From positions 576,001 through 640,000 of the forward strand of contig CAXXMB010000001.1 of assembly GCA_963668675.2 (NCBI GenBank): a DNA stretch of 64,000 bases. The letters run 5' to 3'. Below the pieces are notes generated by a model that did no database searches, was not told the DNA's origin, and was given only the letters and a program-made list of their open reading frames with translations. Shown one piece after another: positions 40,357 through 51,900 of the stretch. Numbering within the stretch: position 1 is the stretch's first letter; every line of letters begins with the position of its first letter. This DNA comes from an uncultured Desulfatitalea sp. GTDB lineage: Bacteria; Desulfobacterota; Desulfobacteria; Desulfobacterales; Desulfosarcinaceae. A program made the translations under genes and the position numbers.

Positions 40357-42039
40357 ATGAGCTATCTGGTTTTTGCCCGCAAATACAGGCCCCAGGACTT
40401 TGATGCCGTTGTTCAACAGACCCATGTCACGCGTACATTGGTCAACGCCATCGAGGCCGGCCGTGTCGCACATGCCATCCTTTTTGCCGGACCTCGCGGT
40501 ACAGGTAAAACCACTGTTGCGCGTATTCTGGCCAAAGCCATGAATTGTGAAAAGGGTCCGACCGGAACGCCTTGTGGCAAGTGCCGATCTTGCTTAGAAA
40601 TACAGGACGGCCATGCAGCCGATGTGTTCGAGATTGACGGGGCATCGAACAACAGTGTCGATCAGGTGCGGGATCTGCGTGATAATCTCAAATACATGCC
40701 CTCCCACAGTCGATATAAGATCTATATTATCGATGAAGTGCACATGCTGAGCCTGGCTGCCTTTAATGCACTGCTGAAGACGCTGGAAGAACCGCCCGAA
40801 CATGTCCTTTTCATGTTTGCAACGACGGAAGCACACAAAATTCCGGTTACGATACTGTCTCGATGCCAACGGCACGATCTGCGCCGGATCGAACTTCCGG
40901 CAATTGTTTCGCATCTGAAAACCATTTGTGACCAGGAAGCGGTCGCCATTGAGGAGCAGAGCATTGGGCTTATCGCCCAGGAGGCTGGCGGTAGCTTGCG
41001 CGATGCACTGAGCCTGCTCGATCATGTGTTGGCCTGCGCTGAATCCGAGGTGACGAGCGATTTGGTTGCTGATCTGTTGGGGGCTGTGGAGCGGCGACAC
41101 CTTTTTGCATTTTCGGAAGCCGTTTTTTCGCGAGATCTCCAAGCGCTCCTTGAACAGATCGACACTGTTTGGCAACACGGCCTCGAAATCAAACGTTTCT
41201 ATTCCGACATGGTCGTCCATTTCCACCATCTGTTGCTGGTCAAAATGGGCACTCGCTCCAGCGGTTTGGTTGATCTGCCGGAGCATGAAGTGAAACAGAT
41301 GGCGGCCCTGATCAAGGATGTACCGGAACCCTTTCTCGTGCAGCTTTTAGAGATGTTGTTTCAGGCCGAACAGGCCATCACGTTTTCGAGTCAGCCGCGA
41401 ATGAGCTTAGAGCTTCTTTTTATCAAGCTGTTTCAGACACCACCGGCGCTGTCCATTGATCGTCTGATATCCGGTCTGGATCAGCTTCGTTCATTACCTT
41501 CGGCAATACCTGAAACAGAGGCAGTGCGACTACCAAAAAAGGAAGCAGTGGCCGAGAGCCTTCCTCCGGTATCATCAGGCAATGTCCCAGAGGAGAAGCC
41601 GGTTTCAGACCAACCCGAGGTGCCCGAAGAGAGGACCGGAGAAAAAGGAGAAACAGCGCCGTGCAAGCGTGTGGATGAAACGAGGGTGTGGGATCTCATC
41701 CTTGATCGTATGGAGGAGGAGAGGCCTTCGTTGGAGGCCATTCTCAGGAAAAGCAGAATCGTCCACAAGGGTGGGGATTGTTGGGAGATCGCGGTTGGTG
41801 GAAACGAGTTCAGTTTTAACAGCGTCAAGAAGCAATCGAAGCTTTTGGAGGAGACCTATCTCGGCATAACGGGCAGGACGCTCGAGTTGCAACTGATTGC
41901 CGATTGTGATGATGCGGCGACGCGTCAGGAGAAAAAGAGAAAAGAGGATCAGGTAAAAAAAACTGCGCTGGGGCATCCGTTGGTCATGGAAGCCCTTGAA
42001 CTTTTCAATGGAAAAATCGTGGACGTAAAAGTGCCATAG
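40357..42039 (+). CDS. dnaX: DNA polymerase III subunit gamma/tau
   Basis: [16 protein letters not shown], zinc-binding Cys cluster, IIDEVHML and TILSRCQ. Confidence 0.98.
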   Translation: MSYLVFARKYRPQDFDAVVQQTHVTRTLVNAIEAGRVAHAILFAGPRGTGKTTVARILAKAMNCEKGPTGTPCGKCRSCLEIQDGHAADVFEIDGASNNSVDQVRDLRDNLKYMPSHSRYKIYIIDEVHMLSLAAFNALLKTLEEPPEHVLFMFATTEAHKIPVTILSRCQRHDLRRIELPAIVSHLKTICDQEAVAIEEQSIGLIAQEAGGSLRDALSLLDHVLACAESEVTSDLVADLLGAVERRHLFAFSEAVFSRDLQALLEQIDTVWQHGLEIKRFYSDMVVHFHHLLLVKMGTRSSGLVDLPEHEVKQMAALIKDVPEPFLVQLLEMLFQAEQAITFSSQPRMSLELLFIKLFQTPPALSIDRLISGLDQLRSLPSAIPETEAVRLPKKEAVAESLPPVSSGNVPEEKPVSDQPEVPEERTGEKGETAPCKRVDETRVWDLILDRMEEERPSLEAILRKSRIVHKGGDCWEIAVGGNEFSFNSVKKQSKLLEETYLGITGRTLELQLIADCDDAATRQEKKRKEDQVKKTALGHPLVMEALELFNGKIVDVKVP

Positions 42040-42050
42040 GAGGTTTGCCA

Positions 42051-42362
42051 ATGAAGGGTATGGGAAACATGATGAAACAGGCCCAGAAGCTCCAATCCAA
42101 GATGCTGAAGATGCAGGAGGAGCTGGCCGAAAGGACCGTCGAAAGCAGTGCCGGAGGCGGGATGGTAAAGGTCGTGGCCAATGGCCGTCAGCAGGTCGTC
42201 TCGATTGAACTGGAGAAAGAGGTCGTCGATCCGGAAGATATCGAGATGCTTCAGGACCTTGTTCTGGCGGCTGTAAACGATGCCTTGAACAAAGCGCAGG
42301 AGATGGTCGCTTCGGAGATGGGCAAGTTGACAGGCGGGTTCAACCTTCCGGGTTTTATGTAA
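42051..42362 (+). CDS. ybaB: YbaB/EbfC nucleoid-associated protein
   Basis: MMKQAQKLQ...AGGGMVKV...[10 protein letters not shown]; between dnaX and recR. Confidence 0.95.
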   Translation: MKGMGNMMKQAQKLQSKMLKMQEELAERTVESSAGGGMVKVVANGRQQVVSIELEKEVVDPEDIEMLQDLVLAAVNDALNKAQEMVASEMGKLTGGFNLPGFM

Positions 42363-42402
42363 ATGGCTCGTGTCATTACCACTGTAAGGATAAGAGAAGA
42401 AC

Positions 42403-43002
42403 ATGCAACACTATCCCGAATCCATCAGAGCGCTGATTCGCAGTTTTGCCAAGCTTCCGGGTATTGGCGAGAAGACGGCCGAACGCTTGGCGATGCATGT
42501 GCTGCGGAGACCGGTACAAGAAGCAGAAGCATTGGCGCACAGCATCGTGGATGTCAAACAGAAGGTGAGACTGTGTGCCGACTGTTTCGGACTCAGCGAT
42601 GGTGAACGTTGCCACATCTGTCAGGATCTCTCCCGAGTCGCCTCCCTGGTCTGTGTGGTCGAACAGCCGGCCGATATGATCGCCATCGAAAAGTCCGGCG
42701 CGTTCAAAGGGGTTTATCACATACTGGGCGGGACGTTGCTGCCAATGGAAGGGGTCGGCCCCGACGATTTGCGTATCCGTGAACTATTTGAACGCATCCG
42801 AAGAGACGAGATTAAAGAGGTCATCCTCGCGACCGGCACCGGCGTTGAGGGTGAATCTACCGCCGCATATATTGCCCAGCGGCTTGCCGGTACAGGCGTA
42901 TCCGTATCGCGCATCGCGTCGGGAGTACCGGTGGGCGGTGATTTGAAATATATCGATAAAATGACACTGAAGTGTGCCCTGGACGGTCGTCATGCCCTCT
43001 AA
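42403..43002 (+). CDS. recR: Recombination mediator RecR
   Basis: LPGIGEKTAERLA, C4 zinc finger, TOPRIM, SRIASGVPVGGDL. Confidence 0.97.
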   Translation: MQHYPESIRALIRSFAKLPGIGEKTAERLAMHVLRRPVQEAEALAHSIVDVKQKVRLCADCFGLSDGERCHICQDLSRVASLVCVVEQPADMIAIEKSGAFKGVYHILGGTLLPMEGVGPDDLRIRELFERIRRDEIKEVILATGTGVEGESTAAYIAQRLAGTGVSVSRIASGVPVGGDLKYIDKMTLKCALDGRHAL

Positions 43003-43405
43003 AACGCTAACTGCCGAGGAATTGTTTGAGTGCAACCAATGCGGTGATTGTTGTAAGGGGTTCGGGGGGACCTATGTTTCGGCAACCGATATTGACGCTA
43101 TCGCCCGGTTCTTAAATATTTCTGCAAGTCTGTTTCGTTCACGCTACTGTGCGCCTTCAGGGCAAAAAGTTGTCCTGGCGCAGCAGGAGAACGGCTACTG
43201 CGTCTTCTATGATCAAAATTGCACGATCCATCCGGTCAAACCCCATATGTGCCGCATGTGGCCGTTTATCCCAAGCTTGCTGGTCGATATTGCCAATTGG
43301 CAGATGATGGCCGGCTCGTGCCCTGGCATGCGCCAGAACCTGGATGAGGATCTGTTGAGGGCATCCCTGTTGCCGATTTTGGAAGGGCAGGGCACTGCTC
43401 GATGA
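42992..43405 (+). CDS. YkgJ-family cysteine-cluster protein
   Basis: FECNQCGDCC...CVFY...CTIHPVKPHMCRMWPF. Confidence 0.9.
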   Translation: MPSKTLTAEELFECNQCGDCCKGFGGTYVSATDIDAIARFLNISASLFRSRYCAPSGQKVVLAQQENGYCVFYDQNCTIHPVKPHMCRMWPFIPSLLVDIANWQMMAGSCPGMRQNLDEDLLRASLLPILEGQGTAR

Positions 43406-43438
43406 GAATCGGCGCAAGCCAATTGAAAGGTCACCCGC

Positions 43439-44230
43439 ATGATCGGTGTATTTGATTCGGGGATTGGTGGGTTGACGGTGGTCAGAGCCCTTCTTGAAAA
43501 GTTGCCACGCAGGGACATTATATACCTCGGGGATACGGCGCGGACACCTTACGGCAATAAAAGCGCCGATACCATCATCAAGTACTCCCTCAAAAACACA
43601 CAGTTTCTATTGGACAAGGGCGCCCGCCTCATCGTCATTGCCTGCAATACCGCGTCAAGCTACGCCTTTGGAGCGGTCAACGAAAGCTACGATCTGCCGG
43701 TGTTCGAGGTGATCGGGCCGGGCGCCAGACAGGCCGTCGAACGTTCACGGAATATGCGAATCGGTGTGATCGGCACGCGGGCCACGATTGCAAGCGGCGG
43801 CTACGAGAGAGCGATCAAGCAACTGAAACCGGAAGCCAGCGTGACAGTCTCACCATGTCCGCTGTTGGTGCCAATTGTGGAAGAGGGGTGGATTTCCAAA
43901 CCGGAAACGGCGATGATCGTACGCAAGTACATGCATCCCTTGAAAACCAGACAGATCGACACGCTCATTCTTGGCTGTACCCACTATCCGGTGTTGCGCA
44001 AGGTCATTCAACGCAAGATCGGCAAGCGAGTGGCGCTGGTGGACTCCGCCGATGCCATTGCCAGTGAAGTAAAAGGCCATCTGGAGGCCGATCCCATAGA
44101 GGCGCGGCCGACCGCCGATGCAGAACGCGGGCAGTTGAAGATTTTCGTAACCGATACGGCAGATCAGTTTCAGAAAACCGCCCATCTGATTCTGGGACGT
44201 AGCGTTGCTATCGAGCACGCTGATCTCTGA
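43439..44230 (+). CDS. murI: Glutamate racemase
   Basis: IGVFDSGIGGLTV, ACNTAS and ILGCTHYP. Confidence 0.97.
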   Translation: MIGVFDSGIGGLTVVRALLEKLPRRDIIYLGDTARTPYGNKSADTIIKYSLKNTQFLLDKGARLIVIACNTASSYAFGAVNESYDLPVFEVIGPGARQAVERSRNMRIGVIGTRATIASGGYERAIKQLKPEASVTVSPCPLLVPIVEEGWISKPETAMIVRKYMHPLKTRQIDTLILGCTHYPVLRKVIQRKIGKRVALVDSADAIASEVKGHLEADPIEARPTADAERGQLKIFVTDTADQFQKTAHLILGRSVAIEHADL

Positions 44231-44245
44231 CGCGGTCCATCACGT

Positions 44246-45346
44246 CTATTTTTGAGATTTCTTCCCGTTCGATTGAACAATATGGATATCCCGCTTTGGA
44301 TAGGGGATTTCGATTCCTTCGGCGTCGAAGGCGCACTTGACCCGGTCGGTGATGGCGGAGATGGTGGCCATTCTTTTGCGGGCATCCCCAATCCATACCC
44401 TTAACTGCAAATCCACGGATGACTCACCGAATGTGCGCACCACCACGCGCGGCTTGGGTGTTTTTAAAATCCACTCTACTTCTGCAGCCGCTTTCAGGAT
44501 TGCCGCCTTTGCCAGTTCAATGTCGGTATCGTAGGAGACGCCGATATTAATGCGAACCCGTATGTCGGATGAGATAAGGGTGTAGTTGACAATATCGCGC
44601 TTCATTATTTCGTTGTTGGGAATGACAATGACGATGTTGTCCGTGGTCTTGATTTTGGTCGCGCGCAGGCCGATATCGATCACGTCACCCCAGGTGGCGC
44701 TTCCGGCCGGCGCACTCCAGACCTCGATTCGATCCCCAATCTCAAATGGGCGGTCGATGATCAGCAAGATGCCGGCAATCAGGTTGGACAGCGTGTCTTT
44801 GGCCGCAAACCCTACGGCGATACCAAGCACACCGGCGCCGGCGACAAAAGGCATGACATTCACCCCCAATTGGTCCAGCGCCAGTACAGCGGCAACCACG
44901 TAAATGATAGCGCCTGAAAACTTGTTGAGCAGATCAAAAATGATATTGTCGACCTTGGTCGTCGTTTTATCCACCCATTTTTTTTCGAAATAGCTTAAGA
45001 CGGTGACGAGAAACTCCCTTGCGGGTCCTGCAAACAGCAAGATGAAAAGGGCGGGGAGAAGTTTCTCCAAAAATCCGAATTGAAATAAACGAGCGACGTA
45101 AAGTCCCAACAGCAGCAGGATGGCATAGCCGCATGTCTTGCGAACGAGTTGGAACAGACGGCTGTTGATTCGAATGATGTCTACGGATTGCAATCGTTTA
45201 TGAACGGTTCCCAAAATCAGCTTGATAATGAGCCAAACGATCAGTGCAATCAGAGCAGCAGATATGGTTTTGAGGGCTGCACCGGTTAGCGTGTCGCTGC
45301 TGAAGTAAGGCGTCAGATAGTTCAGAATCTCTTTTAGTCGGTTCAT
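44246..45346 (-). CDS. mscS: Small-conductance mechanosensitive channel
   Basis: GVLGIAVGFAAKDTLSNLIAG...RPFEIGD and FDAEGIEIPYP. Confidence 0.93.
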   Translation of the reverse strand: MNRLKEILNYLTPYFSSDTLTGAALKTISAALIALIVWLIIKLILGTVHKRLQSVDIIRINSRLFQLVRKTCGYAILLLLGLYVARLFQFGFLEKLLPALFILLFAGPAREFLVTVLSYFEKKWVDKTTTKVDNIIFDLLNKFSGAIIYVVAAVLALDQLGVNVMPFVAGAGVLGIAVGFAAKDTLSNLIAGILLIIDRPFEIGDRIEVWSAPAGSATWGDVIDIGLRATKIKTTDNIVIVIPNNEIMKRDIVNYTLISSDIRVRINIGVSYDTDIELAKAAILKAAAEVEWILKTPKPRVVVRTFGESSVDLQLRVWIGDARKRMATISAITDRVKCAFDAEGIEIPYPKRDIHIVQSNGKKSQK

Positions 45347-45575
45347 GCCAACCCCTTTGACCTCATATTCCAGATTGGAGATGGCTTGTCATAGACAGTT
45401 TTGAGTGAATATACAAGAGGAAGACAGAATACATTGACGCTCAGTGAGACGGGTTCACTTGATCAGCGTGGGGCGGGAGGCCGGAAAGTCCGGGTATGGT
45501 TGTACAGACGGATCCGCTATTATTTAAGCGACATGCACTTGGTGACATTGGCTGGCTTGCAGCGGCGATGACTGC

Positions 45576-46133
45576 TCAACGCGCCAGGGCCTTGCCGATA
45601 CGATCCTCCGGTGGAACTCCCGACTGGGTCAAGATGTAGCGAATGGATGCCAGTCTCTCCTCCAGGTCGGCCACTGCCAGTTCCAGGGTCTGGATGGTTT
45701 CGCCCGATGCCTGTTCTGTCACGTCCATGGCAACCCGCAAGTCGCTTGCATTTTTCATCAGGTGCTTGAGATTTTGAATTTTGGCCAGCCTGAGGATCAG
45801 TTCGTCGAGATTGATTGGCTTCTGGAGATAGTCAGTGGCACCCTTTTTCATTGCCACAATCGCATTGTCGATAGAGCCGTGTGCGGTGATTAGGATGACC
45901 TCGGTTTTGAGACTGCTCTCCTTGGCCGTCTCGAGAACCCCAATGCCGTCGATTCCGCCCGGCATCATCAGGTCGGTCAACACAACATCATAATATGTGT
46001 TTGAGATCATGCGAATCGCATCGACTCCGCTCTCTGCGGTCTCGACCTCATAATCGAGTTTGGATAAGCGTTTCTTCAGGAGAGAGCGTGTGACCGGATC
46101 GTCATCCACGACCAATATCTTTAGTACTTGCAT
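45576..46133 (-). CDS. Response regulator (REC plus short coiled-coil tail)
   Basis: ILVVDDD, DVVLTDLMMP, ITAHG and YLQKP. Confidence 0.9.
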   Translation of the reverse strand: MQVLKILVVDDDPVTRSLLKKRLSKLDYEVETAESGVDAIRMISNTYYDVVLTDLMMPGGIDGIGVLETAKESSLKTEVILITAHGSIDNAIVAMKKGATDYLQKPINLDELILRLAKIQNLKHLMKNASDLRVAMDVTEQASGETIQTLELAVADLEERLASIRYILTQSGVPPEDRIGKALAR

Positions 46134-46173
46134 CGTTGTTACCTCCGCAGGCAGTCGGTATTGCGACCCAATA

Positions 46174-47115
46174 CTACCTGAGCTGATAAAAAATCGATTT
46201 TAAATGACGCTTGGGTATAAAACGGGGACACACCCCGGTCAGCGACTCTGTCGAGCCGATGATGAGATACCCATCGTTTTCGAGACTGTCTGCAATTTTT
46301 TCAAACACTTTTACGCGATCTTCGAGTTTAAAATAGATCGCCACATTTCGACAGAAGATGATGTCAAATTTCCCAAGTCCGCTAAAAGGCCCCATGAGGT
46401 TGAATTTGCGAAAGGTCGCCATGGACCTGATATCGTCTTTGATCTTCCAGTTGTCGCCTATGGAGGTAAAATAGCGCTGTAACCGTTCACGTGGCAGTCC
46501 GCGTTCAATCTCGAATTTATTATAAGTACCGTAACTTGCCTGCTTGATGGCCGCATCGGATATATCGCTGCCCATCAGCTTGATATTATATTTGTCAAGT
46601 GACACCAGGAGCTCTTTCAGGACGATGGCGATACTGAAGATCTCCTGCCCGGTGGAACAGGCTGCGCTCCATATGCGGACAGGCACCGGCATGCCTTTGG
46701 GTGTCGATGATGTGCGGCTGTCGACCACCTCCGGGATAATTTTGTGCTTGAGCAATTCAAAAGGGTTTGCGTCACGAAAAAAGAGAGTTTCGTTGGTTGT
46801 GATCGCATCGATAATTTGCTTTTCGAGTAATTTGGACCCGTCGGATTTCGCCTTATGATAAAACTCCGTAAAGGAGTTGCACCTTTCTCTTTCCAAGAGC
46901 TTTCCGAGGCGGGTCTCCAGCAGGTAGGCCTTTGAAGGTTCGATGTTAATGCCCGACACACCGTAAATATATTGCGAAAGCAGCTTGATCTCATCAGGGG
47001 CGATCTTGATCGCCTGCTTAATCCCGGGTATCGGATTGACGCCCGTTTTCGAGGGAGAGGTCGCAGCGCCCGCTTTTCGGTTCAGAGATAGATTCCCTGT
47101 TGTTGTGAGACTCAT
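46174..47115 (-). CDS. cheR: Chemotaxis methyltransferase CheR
   Basis: ITTNETLFFRD, RIWSAACSTGQE and FDIIFCRNVAIYF. Confidence 0.96.
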   Translation of the reverse strand: MSLTTTGNLSLNRKAGAATSPSKTGVNPIPGIKQAIKIAPDEIKLLSQYIYGVSGINIEPSKAYLLETRLGKLLERERCNSFTEFYHKAKSDGSKLLEKQIIDAITTNETLFFRDANPFELLKHKIIPEVVDSRTSSTPKGMPVPVRIWSAACSTGQEIFSIAIVLKELLVSLDKYNIKLMGSDISDAAIKQASYGTYNKFEIERGLPRERLQRYFTSIGDNWKIKDDIRSMATFRKFNLMGPFSGLGKFDIIFCRNVAIYFKLEDRVKVFEKIADSLENDGYLIIGSTESLTGVCPRFIPKRHLKSIFYQLR

Positions 47116-47170
47116 TTTAGTCCATCTCGATTCATTCGGTTGATGGTGTGTCAATCCACTGCGGGATCGT

Positions 47171-48310
47171 CTATCCTTTTGCTTTTGAGGCGTTAGGGAT
47201 CCTTGAGCGATAGTGCACTGTCTTGATAATTTCAGACGCTATGAGATCAAGCGGCGCAACGACATCCGCTAGACCCGACTCAACCGGCTCCTTTGGCATG
47301 CCGAACACGACGCAGGAAGACTCGTCCTGAGCGATGATGGTGGCGCCGTTGTTCTTCATCATCTGGAGACCTTTAGTGCCGTCCGAACCCATGCCGGTCA
47401 TAATCACCCCTGTGGCCCTGCCCACATAGTGGTCGGCAATGGACCTGAAAAGGTAATCCACGGAGGGCTTGCAATTGTTTTCTGGAGGGTCGTTTGTAAT
47501 TTTGATAACGCGCTGGGTGCCATCTCCCCCTGCCACGATTTTCATCTGCGAGCCCCCTGGTGCGATGTAGGCCACATTGGGGGTCAACGGCTCTCCATTC
47601 GTTGCCTCCTTGACTTCCAGTTCGCACTTGTTATTGAGGCTGTTGGCAAGTGATTGGGTAAATAGAGGTGGCATATGCTGTACAATAACAATTGGCACGC
47701 CAATATCGCCCGGCACTTTTGGAAGCATTTGGGCAAGCGCATTGGGCCCTCCCGTGGAGATACCAATACCGATGATTGAAGCGCTTTCAGTGCGACCAAC
47801 TCGGCTCCTGGCCTGGCTGGAAATAGGGCGGGAGGTTTGGCGGAGTACCGTTTTGGAGCGGGAAAACGAGGAGAGACGGGATTTGATCTGTCGGCTCCGG
47901 GCAAAGGCTTTGAGCATTGGCGCCAGCGCCTCTTTTACCCCCTCCTTGTTCTCCGCCATGGTCCCGGACTGGGGTTTGGGGATGAAGTCGAATGCGCCTA
48001 ACTCAAGGGCCCGCATGGTCATGACGCCGCCTTGCTGGGTCAAGGTGCTCAGCATGATCGCACCGACTTCGGGCGCCTCGGCCTGTAGCCGCTGCAACAC
48101 TTCAATGCCACTCAACTCCGGCATCTCGATATCCAGTGTCAGCAGGTCGGGTTTCAAGGTCTTGAGTTTGAGAAGGGCCGCCTTTCCGTTGTGCGCGGTG
48201 CCGACCACCTCGACATTGGGCAGCTCCGTCAGAACATCGCTGACGATTTTTCGGTAGACGACCGTGTCATCTACGACCATGACTCTCAATATGTCGTCCG
48301 TTCGACTCAT
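47171..48310 (-). CDS. cheB: Chemotaxis methylesterase CheB (REC plus esterase)
   Basis: GISTGGPNAL, VQHMP, PSVDYLF and MTGMGSDG. Confidence 0.97.
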   Translation of the reverse strand: MSRTDDILRVMVVDDTVVYRKIVSDVLTELPNVEVVGTAHNGKAALLKLKTLKPDLLTLDIEMPELSGIEVLQRLQAEAPEVGAIMLSTLTQQGGVMTMRALELGAFDFIPKPQSGTMAENKEGVKEALAPMLKAFARSRQIKSRLSSFSRSKTVLRQTSRPISSQARSRVGRTESASIIGIGISTGGPNALAQMLPKVPGDIGVPIVIVQHMPPLFTQSLANSLNNKCELEVKEATNGEPLTPNVAYIAPGGSQMKIVAGGDGTQRVIKITNDPPENNCKPSVDYLFRSIADHYVGRATGVIMTGMGSDGTKGLQMMKNNGATIIAQDESSCVVFGMPKEPVESGLADVVAPLDLIASEIIKTVHYRSRIPNASKAKG

Positions 48311-48370
48311 GTTATGTTATCGCCATTCATGATAGAGGGTGACCGACGGATCAGTCTGGGTCGGAGGTGT

Positions 48371-48844
48371 CTATGCCCTGTCGGACAAGTTATCTTCTGC
48401 CAATACGCGATCGGCATCCAGTATGCCGATAAGCCGGTCCTTGAGCTTGAATACTCCTTTGAAGAATACACCCTGGACACCACCGATGTTGGCCGGCGGC
48501 CGTTCAACCTTCTCCCACTCCGCCTCGACTACATCACCGATGCGCGAGACCAGCAGCCCGATGTATTCGTTCTCCGAATTGACGATGATATTTCGCGACG
48601 ATTCGGAGACATTTACATTTGCCAATCCAAGCTTACTGCCAAGGTCGATAATGGTGACGATTTGCCCGCGAAGATTGAGAATGCCCATAACGTATCCAGG
48701 GGCCTGGGGAACTTTGGTCATCTCCATCAGTTTATTGATCTCCTGGACCTTCAGGATGTCCATTCCGCACAGTGCCTCGCCAACATAGAAAGTGGCGAGT
48801 TCTACAGTGCCACTGGCATTTGGAATGTCTGTTTGTGTCTTCAT
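48371..48844 (-). CDS. cheW: Chemotaxis coupling protein CheW
   Basis: DILKVQEI...VPQAPGYVMGILNLRGQIVTIIDL. Confidence 0.96.
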   Translation of the reverse strand: MKTQTDIPNASGTVELATFYVGEALCGMDILKVQEINKLMEMTKVPQAPGYVMGILNLRGQIVTIIDLGSKLGLANVNVSESSRNIIVNSENEYIGLLVSRIGDVVEAEWEKVERPPANIGGVQGVFFKGVFKLKDRLIGILDADRVLAEDNLSDRA

Positions 48845-48928
48845 GGGTGTTGGTCCTTTCTTCTATCCTTGCGCTGACGCGTGTATACGCCATTTTGGCG
48901 GTACACCATTTATCATTGGTCTTGGCCG

Positions 48929-51900
48929 CTAAGCTGCGGCTGCCACCAGAAAACCGTGTATGCTTCTGATCAGTCGCTCACGGTCGAGTTTGATCTGATA
49001 GTCATCAATGCCGACCTCTTTGCCCCTGGCGATGTCCTCCTCGCCGGCCAGTGTCGTCAGCGCGATAACCGGCAGATGGGAGTAAGCCGGATTTTCCTTG
49101 ATCAGTTGGGTTAGGGCAAAGCCGTCCATATTGGGCATCTCTATGTCGGTAACAACGATAGAGACCTCCTTTATGTTCTCCTGCAAGAGGCTCCAGGCGA
49201 TAGTGCCGTCCTCGGCCTCTATCACATTGAAGCCCTCCTTCACCATGGAGGCCTTGACCTGATTGCGGAAAAAGTTTGAGTCCTCTGCAAAGAGGATTGT
49301 GGCATTGTTGCCCTTTTCATCGACCACCTTCTCCGGCTCTTTAAACCATTGCGGATTAAGGGTTTGAACAATCTCCACGATGTCGACGAGCAGTGTGGTG
49401 TGGTCGTTGATAATGGCCGAGCCCATAATTCCAGGCTGGCGGAGAGTGCTTCCATCGATGGTCAAGTTGACCTCCACAGCATCCACCGGGCCAATGGCCA
49501 ATAGGCCAATTTCACGGCCACCCACCACAAACACGATGACCAGCAGGTTCTCCTGTTCGGCCAGGGGTTTCACATTGGCCACCTGGTCGATATTGAACAG
49601 CGGCAATGAGCCGCCTCTGTATTTGATCACCTGTTTGCCGCCGACCTCTTCGATGTCGTTGCGCTTGATCTTCTCAATCCGCTCCACCAGGTTTAAAGGT
49701 GCGGCAAACTGCTCTTCGGAAGAGCTGCGGAAGACCAGTAGAGACTGTTTGTCACGGCTTGCCCGGATCGCTTCGCGTTCGGATTCGGCGACTTCGGCAG
49801 CTCGGGCGGTCCCCTCCACCGTTGTCAGGCCTGCCATTTGGGCCAAATTGGAGACATCTAAAATCAACGCCACCCGACCGTCACCCATGATGGTTGCACC
49901 AGCATAGCCTTTGCACTTTTTAAGGTCTCGGCCCAGTGGCTTCACCACAATCTCTTCCGAGTCGTGAAGACTGTCGACAACCAACCCGTATTTGATTGCT
50001 CCGGTAGAGACGACGACGATGTTTAAGGCGCTGGCCGCATGAAACCTTCTGTCTTCAGAGCGTCGGGTCGGTGCTGTTTCGGAACTGGCCTCTTCGATCT
50101 CCGCTCCTTGTTCGTTTTTCTCCTCCCTCGGTTCACGCGGACTCTTTTTTGAGCGACGGTCAGCGAGCTTTTCGCGCCGGTCCGGTTTCATTTCACCGCT
50201 CTCCGGGTCAGAATAGAGAGCGTCGACGCCGATGATTTCGGAGAGACGGATCAAGGGGAGCAGGTTGCCTCTTAATCGAACGACATCCGCATTGCCCACT
50301 CTTTCGATGCGGTGACGCACCTGTTCTGCAGGGATGCGAAGCAGCTCTTCCAGATTGACCTGGGGGATTGCATAGCGCTCTCCACCGGTAACCACGATCT
50401 GGCAGGGTATAATGGCCAGGGTCAAAGGGAGTTTGATCCTCAGCGTGGTGCCTTTGCCCATGGTCGAATCGATGTCGATGATGCCGCCAAGCTGGTCCAG
50501 ATTGGTTTTTACCACGTCCATGCCAACGCCTCTACCGGAGACATCCGTAATTTTTTCTGCAGTAGAGAAGCCCGGCAGAAATATCAGGTTCGTTTTTTCA
50601 CGGGCCGACATCACCTTGGCCTGCTCTTCCGTGATGAGTCCCTTTTCCATCGCCTTGGCAGCCAATTTATTTCCGTCCAGACCTTGGCCGTTGTCTGAAA
50701 TTTCGATATTGACCTGACCGGCTTCATGGTATGCCCTGAGAAAGATATGGCCGGTCGGGTTTTTGCCGGCACGTTTGCGCAGATCCGGCGTTTCAATGCC
50801 ATGATCGACAGCGTTTCGAACCAGATGGGTGAGGGGGTCGCCGATGGCTTCGATGATCGTTTTGTCCAGCTCGACATCCTTGCCTTCGAGAGAGAGTTCC
50901 ACCTGCTTGCCTAATGTTCGTGCCAGGTCCCGGACTACGCGGGGAAATTTGTTGAAGACGTTACCAATCGACTGCATCCGGGTCAGCATGATCGCTTCCT
51001 GCAGTTCGGATGTGATCAAGTCGATGCGTTGGCCGGCCACTTCCGACCCTCGCTTATCGCTGGACCCCATGGATTGCAGCAACTGATTACGGCTGAGCAC
51101 CAATTCGCCTGCCAACGTCATGAGCTGATCCAACAGACTCACATGCACCCGTAAGCTGGTTTCGTGTTCATATCGTGCCGCTTTTTTCTCAATGCCGATC
51201 TCGGGTTTTGCATCGATCGATTGTATCTCCTGATGGATTTCCTCCTGCATCAATTCAGTCTCCTCAGCCATGGTGTCCATCTCTTCGTCCACTTCATTTG
51301 CACCCTCTTCAGGTGAAACATCCGCTTCAGGTGGGTCTTCAGTTTCGGCTGCTTCTGGAGCCATATCCATCTCAAGATCAAGCCCCTCTTCGGACACCCC
51401 AACGATATTCTCAGGCTCTGGTTCGTCGGGCGCTGCTTCCGTTAGGGCCCTGTCCATCGGCGATCCGTCTAGTTGGTACAACTGCTGATCGGATCGCAGC
51501 TCCAGAATGTGTTCTGGATCGATTTCAAAAAGCACATTGACATCGCTGGGTTTCAGGATGGTGGCAAACAGGAAGGCCATCGTGGGAACATCCGGGGTCC
51601 AGTCGCTGCTCAACTCTTCTGCAGGATGCAGCGGAAAGTTGGCGCAGATGATGGTGCCCGTCTGCTCCATCTCTTCGAGCATGCCCTGGCAGGTTTTACC
51701 CTCGTCGTAGATCTGTTCATCCACATCGATCTTGACGAGATATACGCACTTCCCCTGATCGAAGAAGGGGGTGATTTTGTTCGCATCGGTCGTAAATGCA
51801 AGCTGACCGTCTGAAAACGACAACGGCAGCACATCACCCGATCTATGCGGTTCCGCTTCGGGAGCTTTCTCCGACACCTTGGGTTTGGGCGCTGTCGCTT

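Noticed and set aside
45470..45500. GGAAAGTCCGGG resembling the 5' motif of RNase P RNA
   Set aside because: The intergenic space is too short and the other conserved RNase P regions are missing.
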